Origin: Auanema rhodensis
Lineage: Eukaryota; Animalia; Nematoda
DNA length: 64,000 bases
Assembly (NCBI GenBank): GCA_964057225.1
Contig: CAXKVF010000072.1
Span: 558,001-622,000 of the forward strand
Reading direction: 5' to 3'
Part shown: positions 53,752 to 64,000 of the stretch, piece after piece
How the letters are laid out: every line of letters begins with the position of its first letter
How positions within the stretch are numbered: the first letter of the stretch is position 1
The notes under the pieces: generated by a model
The model's input: only the letters and a program-made list of their open reading frames with translations
What the model was told of the DNA's origin: nothing
The model's database searches: none
Made by a program: the position numbers and the translations under genes

Positions 53752-56700
53752 AAAACCGCATCTCTTTATCTTTCACGTGAAGCGAGTTACATACCAAGTG
53801 CACATCACGTGTACATTTAATTAGCATAAATTAAAGTTCACGTAAATTTCAAAGTCATGGTTACCATGCACCAATATCAATAAAAATTTGTTTTTAGACT
53901 AATATGGACATGGGGAATCTAATTTTGAAAACCGCATCTCTTTATCTTCCACGTGAAGCGAGTTACATACCAAGTGCACATCACGTGTACATTTAATTAG
54001 CATAAATTAAAGTTCACGTAAATTTCAAAGTCATGGTTACCATGAACCAATATCAATAAAAATTTGTTTTTAGACTAATATGTACATGGGGAATCTAATT
54101 TTGAAAACCGCATCTCTTCATATTTCACGTGAAGCGAGTTACATACCAAGTGCACATCACGTGTACATTTAATTAGCATAAATTAAAGTTCACGTAAATT
54201 TCAAAGTCATGGTTACCATGAACCAATATCAATAAAAATTTGTTTTTAGACTAATATGGACATGGGGAATCTAATTTTGAAAACCGCATCACTTTATCTT
54301 TCACGTGAAGCGAGTTACATACCAAGTGCACATCACGTGTACATTTAATTAGCATAAATTAAAGTTCACGTAAATTTCAAAGTCATGGTTACCATGCACC
54401 AATATCAATAAAAATTTGTTTTTAGACTAATATGGACATGGGGAATCTAATGTTGAAAACCGCATCTTTTTATCTTTCACGTGAAGCGAGTTACATACCA
54501 AGTGCACATCACGTGTACATTTAATTAGCATAAATTAAAGTTCACGTAAATTTCAAAGTCATGGTTACCATGAACCAATATCAATAAAAATTTGTTTTTA
54601 GACTAATATGGACATGGGGAATCTAATTTTGAAAACCGCATCTCTTTATCTTTCACGTGAAGCGAGTTACATACCAAGTGCACATCACGTGTACATTTAA
54701 TTAGCATAAATTAAAGTTCACGTAAATTTCAAAGTCATGGTTACCATGAAGCAATATCAATAAAAATTTGTTTTTAGACTAATATGGACATGGGGAATCT
54801 AATTTTGAAAACCGCATCTCTTTATCTTTCACGTGAAGCGAGTTACATACCAAGTGCACATCACGTGTACATTTAATTAGCATAAATTAAAGTTCACGTA
54901 AAATTCAAAGTCATGGTTACCATGCACCAATATCAATAAAAATTTGTTTTTAGACTAATATGGACATGGGGAATCTAATTTTGAAAACCGCATCTCTTTA
55001 TCTTTCACGTGAAGCGAGTTACATACCAAGTGCACATCACGTGTACATTTAATTAGCATAAATTAAAGTTCACGTAAATTTCAAAGTCATGGTTACCATG
55101 CACCAATATCAATAAAAATTTGTTTTTAGACTAATATGGACATGGGGAATCTAATTTTGAAAACCGCATCTCTTTATCTTTCACGTGAAGCGAGTTACAT
55201 ACCAAGTGCACATCACGTGTACATTTAATTAGCATAAATTAAAGTTCACGTAAATTTCAAAGTCATGGTTACCATGCACCAATATCAATAAAAATTTGTT
55301 TTTAGACTAATATGGACATGGGGGATCTAATTTTGAAAACCGCATCTCTTTATCTTTCACGTGAAGCGAGTTACATACCAAGTGCACATCACGTGTACAT
55401 TTAATTAGCATAAATTAAAGTTCACGTAAATTTCAAAGTCATGGTTACCATGCACCAATATCAATAAAAATTTGTTTTTAGACTAATATGGACATGGGGA
55501 ATCTAATTTTGAAAACCGCATCTCTTTATCTTTCACGTGAAGCGAGTTACATACCAAGTGCACATCACGTGTACATTTAATTAGCATAAATTAAAGTTCA
55601 CGTAAAATTCAAAGTCATGGTTACCATGCACCAATATCAATAAAAATTTGTTTTTAGACTAATATGGACATGGGGAATCTAATTTTGAAAACCGCATCTC
55701 TTTATCTTTCACGTGAAGCGAGTTACATACCAAGTGCACATCACGTGTACATTTAATTAGCATAAATTAAAGTTCACGTAAATTTCAAAGTCATGGTTAC
55801 CATGCACCAATATCAATAAAAATTTGTTTTTAGACTAATATGGACATGGGTAATCTAATTTTGAAAACCGCATCTCTTTATCTTTCACGTGAAGCGAGTT
55901 ACATACCAAGTGCACATCACGTGTACATTTAATTAGCATAAATTAAAGTTCACGTAAATTTCAAAGTCATGGTTACCATGCACCAATATCAATAAAAATT
56001 TGTTTTTAGACTAATATGGACATGGGGAATCTAATTTTGAAAACCGCATCTCTTTATCTTTCACGTGAAGCGAGTTACATACCAAGTGCACATCACGTGT
56101 ACATTTAATTAGCATAAATTAAAGTTCACGTAAAATTCAAAGTCATGGTTACCATGCACCAATATCAATAAAAATTTGTTTTTAGACTAATATGGACATG
56201 GGGAATCTAATTTTGAAAACCGCATCTCTTTATCTTTCACGTGAAGCGAGTTACATACCAAGTGCACATCACGTGTACATTTAATTAGCATAAATTAAAG
56301 TTCACGTAAAATTCAAAGTCATGGTTACCATGCACCAATATCAATAAAAATTTGTTTTTAGACTAATATGGACATGGGGAATCTAATTTTGAAAACCGCA
56401 TCTCTTTATCTTTCACGTGAAGCGAGTTACATACCAAGTGCACATCACGTGTACATTTAATTAGCATAAATTAAAGTTCACGTAAATTTCAAAGTCATGG
56501 TTACCATGCACCAATATCAATAAAAATTTGTTTTTAGACTAATATGGACATGGGTAATCTAATTTTGAAAACCGCATCTCTTTATCTTTCACGTGAAGCG
56601 AGTTACATACCAAGTGCACATCACGTGTACATTTAATTAGCATAAATTAAAGTTCACGTAAATTTCAAAGTCATGGTTACCATGCACCAATATCAATAAA

Positions 56701-58049
56701 AATTTGTTTTTAGACTAATATGGACATGGGGAATCTAATTTTGAAAACCGCATCTCTTTATCTTTCACGTGAAGCGAGTTACATACCAAGTGCACATCAC
56801 GTGTACATTTAATTAGCATAAATTAAAGTTCACGTAAAATTCAAAGTCATGGTTACCATGCACCAATATCAATAAAAATTTGTTTTTAGACTAATATGGA
56901 CATGGGGAATCTAATTTTGAAAACCGCATCTCTTTATCTTTCACGTGAAGCGAGTTACATACCAAGTGCACATCACGTGTACATTTAATTAGCATAAATT
57001 AAAGTTCACGTAAATTTCAAAGTCATGGTTACCATGCACCAATATCAATAAAAATTTGTTTTTAGACTAATATGGACATGGGGAATCTAATTTTGAAAAC
57101 CGCATCTCTTTATCTTTCACGTGAAGCGAGTTACATACCAAGTGCACATCACGTGTACATTTAATTAGCATAAATTAAAGTTCACGTAAATTTCAAAGTC
57201 ATGGTTACCATGCACCAATATCAATAAAAATTTGTTTTTAGACTAATATGGACATGGGGAATCTAATTTTGAAAACCGCATCTCTTTATCTTTCACGTGA
57301 AGCGAGTTACATACCAAGTGCACATCACGTGTACATTTAATTAGCATAAATTAAAGTTCACGTAAAATTCAAAGTCATGGTTACCATGCACCAATATCAA
57401 TAAAAATTTGTTTTTAGACTAATATGGACATGGGGAATCTAATTTTGAAAACCGCATCTCTTTATCTTTCACGTGAAGCGAGTTACATACCAAGTGCACA
57501 TCACGTGTACATTTAATTAGCATAAATTAAAGTTCACGTAAATTTCAAAGTCATGGTTACCATGCACCAATATCAATAAAAATTTGTTTTTAGACTAATA
57601 TGGACATGGGGAATCTAATTTTGAAAACCGCATCTCTTTATCTTTCACGTGAAGCGAGTTACATACCAAGTGCACATCACGTGTACATTTAATTAGCATA
57701 AATTAAAGTTCACGTAAATTTCAAAGTCATGGTTACCATGAACCAATATCAATAAAAATTTGTTTTTAGACTAATATGGACATGGGGAATCTAATTTTGA
57801 AAACCGCATCTCTTTATCTTTCACGTGAAGCGAGTTACATACCAAGTGCACATCACGTGTACATTTAATTAGCATAAATTAAAGTTCACGTAAATTTCAA
57901 AGTCATGGTTACCATGCACCAATATCAATAAAAATTTGTTTTTAGACTAATATGGACATGGGGAATCTAATTTTGAAAACCGCATCTCTTTATCTTTCAC
58001 GTGAAGCGAGTTACATACCAAGTGCACATCACGTGTACATTTAATTAGC

Positions 58050-61000
58050 ATAAATTAAAGTTCACGTAAAATTCAAAGTCATGGTTACCATGAACCAATA
58101 TCAATAAAAATTTGTTTTTAGACTAATATGGACATGGGGAATCTAATTTTGAAAACCGCATCTCTTTATCTTTCACGTGAAGCGAGTTACATACCATATG
58201 CACATCACGTGTACATTTAATTAGCATAAATTAAAGTTCACGTAAATTTCAAAGTCATGGTTACCATGAACCAATATCAATAAAAATTTGTTTTTAGACT
58301 AATATGGACATGGGGAATCTAATTTTGAAAACCGCATCTCTTCATCTTTCACGTGAAGCGAGTTACATACCAAGTGCACATCACGTGTACATTTAATTAG
58401 CATAAATTAAAGTTCACGTAAATTTCAAAGTCATGGTTACCATGAAGCAATATCAATAAAAATTTGTTTTTAGACTAATATGGACATGGGGAATCTAATT
58501 TTGAAAACCGCATCTCTTTATCTTTCACGTGAAGCGAGTTACATACCAAGTGCACATCACGTGTACATTTAATTAGCATAAATTAAAGTTCACGTAAAAT
58601 TCAAAGTCATGGTTACCATGAACCAATATCAATAAAAATTTGTTTTTAGACTAATATGGACATGGGGAATCTAATTTTGAAAACCGCATCTCTTTATCTT
58701 TCACGTGAAGCGAGTTACATACCATATGCACATCACGTGTACATTTAATTAGCATAAATTAAAGTTCACGTAAATTTCAAAGTCATGGTTACCATGAACC
58801 AATATCAATAAAAATTTGTTTTTAGACTAATATGGACATGGGGAATCTAATTTTGAAAACCGCATCTCTTCATCTTTCACGTGAAGCGAGTTACATACCA
58901 AGTGCACATCACGTGTACATTTAATTAGCATAAATTAAAGTTCACGTAAATTTCAAAGTCATGGTTACCATGCACCAATATCAATAAAAATTTGTTTTTA
59001 GACTAGTATGGACATGGGGAATCTAATTTTGAAAACCGCATCTCTTTATCTTTCACGTGAAGCGAGTTACATACCAAGTGCACATCACGTGTACATTTAA
59101 TTAGCATAAATTAAAGTTCACGTAAATTTCAAAGTCATGGTTACCATGAACCAATATCAATAAAAATTTCTTTTTAGACTAATATGGACATGGGGAATCT
59201 AATTTTGAAAACCGCATCTCTTTATCTTTCACGTGAAGCGAGTTACATACCAAGTGCACATCACGTGTACATTTAATTAGCATAAATTAAAGTTCACGTA
59301 AATTTCAAAGTCATGGTTACCATGAAGTAATATCAATAAAAATTTGTTTTTAGACTAATATGGACATGGGGAATCTAATTTTGAAAACCGCATCTCTTTA
59401 TCTTTCACGTGAAGCGAGTTACATACCAAGTGCACATCACGTGTACATTTAATTAGCATGAATCAAAGTTCACGTAAATTTCAAAGTCATGGTTACCATG
59501 CACCAATATCAATAAAAATTTGTTTTTAGACTAATATGGACATGGGGAATCTAATTTTGAAAACCGCATCTCTTTATCTTTCACGTGAAGCGAGTTACAT
59601 ACCAAGTGCACATCACGTGTACATTTAATTAGCATAAATTAAAGTTCACGTAAATTTCAAAGTCATGGTTACCATGAACCAATATCAATAAAAATTTGTT
59701 TTTAGACTAATATGGACATGGGGAATCTAATTTTGAAAACCGCATCTCTTTATCTTTCACGTGAAGCGAGTTACATACCAAGTGCACATCACGTGTACAT
59801 TTAATTAGCATAAATTAAAGTTCACGTAAATTTCAAAGTCATGGTTACCATGCACCAATATCAATAAAAATTTGTTTTTAGACTAATATGGACATGGGGA
59901 ATCTATTTTTGAAAACCGCATCTCTTTATCTTTCACGTGAAGCGAGTTACATACCAAGTGCACATCACGTGTACATTTAATTAGCATAAATTAAAGTTCA
60001 CGTAAATTTCAAAGTCATGGTTACCATGAACCAATATCAATAAAAATTTGTTTTTAGACTAATATGGACATGGGGAATCTAATTTTGAAAACCGCATCTC
60101 TTTATCTTTCACGTGAAGCGAGTTACATACCAAGTGCACATCACGTGTACATTTAATTAGCATAAATTAAAGTTCACGTAAAATTCAAAGTCATGGTTAC
60201 CATGAACCAATATCAATAAAAATTTGTTTTTAGACTAATATGGACATGGGGAATCTAATTTTGAAAACCGCATCTCTTTATCTTTCACGTGAAGCGAGTT
60301 ACATACCATATGCACATCACGTGTACATTTAATTAGCATAAATTAAAGTTCACGTAAATTTCAAAGTCATGGTTACCATGAACCAATATCAATAAAAATT
60401 TGTTTTTAGACTAATATGGACATGGGGAATCTAATTTTGAAAACCGCATCTCTTCATCTTTCACGTGAAGCGAGTTACATACCAAGTGCACATCACGTGT
60501 ACATTTAATTAGCATAAATTAAAGTTCACGTAAATTTCAAAGTCATGGTTACCATGAAGCAATATCAATAAAAATTTGTTTTTAGACTAATATGGACATG
60601 GGGAATCTAATTTTGAAAACCGCATCTCTTTATCTTTCACGTGAAGCGAGTTACATACCAAGTGCACATCACGTGTACATTTAATTAGCATAAATTAAAG
60701 TTCACGTAAAATTCAAAGTCATGGTTACCATGAACCAATATCAATAAAAATTTGTTTTTAGACTAATATGGACATGGGGAATCTAATTTTGAAAACCGCA
60801 TCTCTTTATCTTTCACGTGAAGCGAGTTACATACCATATGCACATCACGTGTACATTTAATTAGCATAAATTAAAGTTCACGTAAATTTCAAAGTCATGG
60901 TTACCATGAACCAATATCAATAAAAATTTGTTTTTAGACTAATATGGACATGGGGAATCTAATTTTGAAAACCGCATCTCTTCATCTTTCACGTGAAGCG

Positions 61001-62273
61001 AGTTACATACCAAGTGCACATCACGTGTACATTTAATTAGCATAAATTAAAGTTCACGTAAATTTCAAAGTCATGGTTACCATGCACCAATATCAATAAA
61101 AATTTGTTTTTAGACTAGTATGGACATGGGGAATCTAATTTTGAAAACCGCATCTCTTTATCTTTCACGTGAAGCGAGTTACATACCAAGTGCACATCAC
61201 GTGTACATTTAATTAGCATAAATTAAAGTTCACGTAAATTTCAAAGTCATGGTTACCATGAACCAATATCAATAAAAATTTCTTTTTAGACTAATATGGA
61301 CATGGGGAATCTAATTTTGAAAACCGCATCTCTTTATCTTTCACGTGAAGCGAGTTACATACCAAGTGCACATCACGTGTACATTTAATTAGCATAAATT
61401 AAAGTTCACGTAAATTTCAAAGTCATGGTTACCATGAAGTAATATCAATAAAAATTTGTTTTTAGACTAATATGGACATGGGGAATCTAATTTTGAAAAC
61501 CGCATCTCTTTATCTTTCACGTGAAGCGAGTTACATACCAAGTGCACATCACGTGTACATTTAATTAGCATGAATCAAAGTTCACGTAAATTTCAAAGTC
61601 ATGGTTACCATGCACCAATATCAATAAAAATTTGTTTTTAGACTAATATGGACATGGGGAATCTAATTTTGAAAACCGCATCTCTTTATCTTTCACGTGA
61701 AGCGAGTTACATACCAAGTGCACATCACGTGTACATTTAATTAGCATAAATTAAAGTTCACGTAAATTTCAAAGTCATGGTTACCATGAACCAATATCAA
61801 TAAAAATTTGTTTTTAGACTAATATGGACATGGGGAATCTAATTTTGAAAACCGCATCTCTTTATCTTTCACGTGAAGCGAGTTACATACCAAGTGCACA
61901 TCACGTGTACATTTAATTAGCATAAATTAAAGTTCACGTAAATTTCAAAGTCATGGTTACCATGCACCAATATCAATAAAAATTTGTTTTTAGACTAATA
62001 TGGACATGGGGAATCTACTTTTGAAAACCGCATCTCTTTATCTTTCACGTGAAGCGAGTTACATACCAAGTGCACATCACGTGTACATTTAATTAGCATA
62101 AATTAAAGTTCACGTAAATTTCAAAGTCATGGTTACCATGAACCAATATCAATAAAAATTTGTTTTTAGACTAATATGGACATGGGGAATCTAATTTTGA
62201 AAACCGCATCTCTTTATCTTTCACGTGAAGCGAGTTACATACCAAGTGCACATCACGTGTACATTTAATTAGC
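58050..62273. repeat. 12-monomer (2112 bp) tandem duplication containing the 3-mer higher-order repeat
   Basis: CCATATG 58197/60309 and 58725/60837, CTAGTA 59006/61118, AATTTC 59170/61282, GAAGTA 59328/61440, GCATGAATC 59460/61572. Confidence 0.92.
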
Positions 62274-64000
62274 ATAAATTAAAGTTCACGTAAATTTCAA
62301 AGTCATGGTTACCATGAACCAATATCAATAAAAATTTGTTTTTAGACTAATATGGACATGGGGAATCTAATTTTGAAAACCGCATCTCTTCATCTTTCAC
62401 GTGAAGCGAGTTACATACCAAGTGCACATCACGTGTACATTTAATTAGCATAAATTAAAGTTCACGTAAATTTCAAAGTCATGGTTACCATGCACCAATA
62501 TCAATAAAAATTTGTTTTTAGACTAATATGGACATGGGGAATCTAATTTTGAAAACCGCATCTCTTTATCTTTCACGTGAAGCGAGTTACATACCAAGTG
62601 CACATCACGTGTACATTTAATTAGCATAAATTAAAGTTCACGTAAAATTCAAAGTCATGGTTACCATGAACCAATATCAATAAATATTTGTTTTTAGACT
62701 AATATGGACATGGGGAATCTAATTTTGAAAACCGCATCTCTTTATCTTTCACGTGAAGCGAGTTACATACCAAGTGCACATCACGTGTACATTTAATTAG
62801 CATAAATTAAAGTTCACGTAAAATTCAAAGTCATGGTTACCATGCACCAATATCAATAAAAATTTGTTTTTAGACTAATATGCACATGGGGAATCTAATT
62901 TTGAAAACCGCATCTCTTTATCTTTCACGTGAAGCGAGTTACATACCAAGTGCACATCACGTGTACATTTAATTAGCATAAATTAAAGTTCACGTAAATT
63001 TCAAAGTCATGGTTACCATGCACCAATATCAATAAAAATTTGTTTTTAGACTAATATGGACATGGGGAATCTAATTTTGAAAACCGCATCTCTTTATCTT
63101 TCACGTGAAGCGAGTTACATACCAAGTGCACATCACGTGTACATTTAATTAGCATAAATTAAAGTTCACGTAAATTTCAAAGTCATGGTTACCATGAACC
63201 AATATCAATAAAAATTTGTTTTTAGACTAATATGGACATGAGGAATCTAATTTTGAAAACCGCATCTCTTTATCTTTCACGTGAAGCGACTTACATACCA
63301 AGTGCACATCACGTGTACATTTAATTAGCATAAATTAAAGTTCACGTAAATTTCAAAGTCATGGTTACCATGAACCAATATCAATAAAAATTTGTTTTTA
63401 GACTAATATGGACATGTTGAATCTAATTTTGAAAACCGCATCTCTTTATCTTTCACGTGAAGCGAGTTACATACCAAGTGCACATCACGTGTACATTTAA
63501 TTAGCATAAATTAAAGTTCACGTAAATTTCAAAGTCATGGTTACCATGAAGCAATATCAATAAAAATTTGTTTTTAGACTAATATGGACATGGGGAATCT
63601 AATTTTGAAAACCGCTTCTCTTTATCTTTCACGTGAAGCGAGTTACATACCAAGTGCACATCACGTGTACATTTAATTAGCATAAATTAAAGTTCACGTA
63701 AATTTCAAAGTCATGGTTACCATGAAGCAATATCAATAAAAATTTGTTTTTAGACTAATATGGACATGAAGAATCTAATTTTGAAAACCGCATCTCTTTA
63801 TCTTTCACGTGAAGCGAGTTACATACCAAGTGCACATCACGTGTACATTTAATTAGCATAAATTAAAGTTCACGTAAATTTCAAAGTCATGGTTACCATG
63901 AACCAATATCAATAAAAATTTGTTTTTAGACTAATATGGACATGGGGAATCTAATTTTGAAAACCGCATCTCTTTATCTTTCACGTGAAGCGAGTTACAT

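Larger units (their letters stand above)
1..64000. repeat. Tandem satellite DNA array, 176-bp monomer, about 363 copies (centromeric/pericentromeric-type satellite)
   Basis: The consensus ATAAATTAAAGTTCACGTAAATTTCAAAGTCATGGTTACCATGAACCAATATCAATAAAAATTTGTTTTTAGACTAATATGGACATGGGGAATCTAATTTTGAAAACCGCATCTCTTTATCTTTCACGTGAAGCGAGTTACATACCAAGTGCACATCACGTGTACATTTAATTAGC recurs at 1, 177, ... 881, ... 24817 (1+176n). It then recurs at 25137+176n and, after about 53750, at 25138+176n. The array runs off both window edges. The centromeric role is inferred only from the nucleosome-sized monomer, AT richness and homogeneity. Confidence 0.99.

Noticed and set aside
1-64000. CRISPR-like array, with the insertion as an acquired spacer
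   Set aside because: There are no unique spacers, the repeat is 176 bp, only 4 bp are duplicated rather than a whole repeat, and there are no cas genes.

Overview
The whole 64-kb window is one head-to-tail array of a 176-bp AT-rich satellite (about 363 monomers, about 32% GC in the consensus, one orientation, usually 0-3 substitutions per monomer). It looks like eukaryotic centromeric or pericentromeric satellite DNA, but neither the organism nor the satellite family can be named from the sequence alone. I found no credible gene, RNA gene or CRISPR array. The 176-bp register breaks only twice. The first break is a unique 140-bp non-satellite insertion at 24978-25117, flanked by a perfect 4-bp ACGT duplication. 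It splits the ATCACGTG motif at the edge of a 37-bp imperfect inverted repeat and has AATAAA 9 nt from its right end. The second break is a +1-bp T-run change near 53750. Shared rare variants show nested block duplications of 3, 4, 6, 7, 9, 10, 12, 15, 17 and 32 monomers, plus related blocks up to 54 kb apart. The paralogous monomer in the adjacent 7-mer copy has no insertion, so the insertion is probably very young. It is the best candidate for something undescribed, possibly the footprint of a satellite-targeting mobile element.
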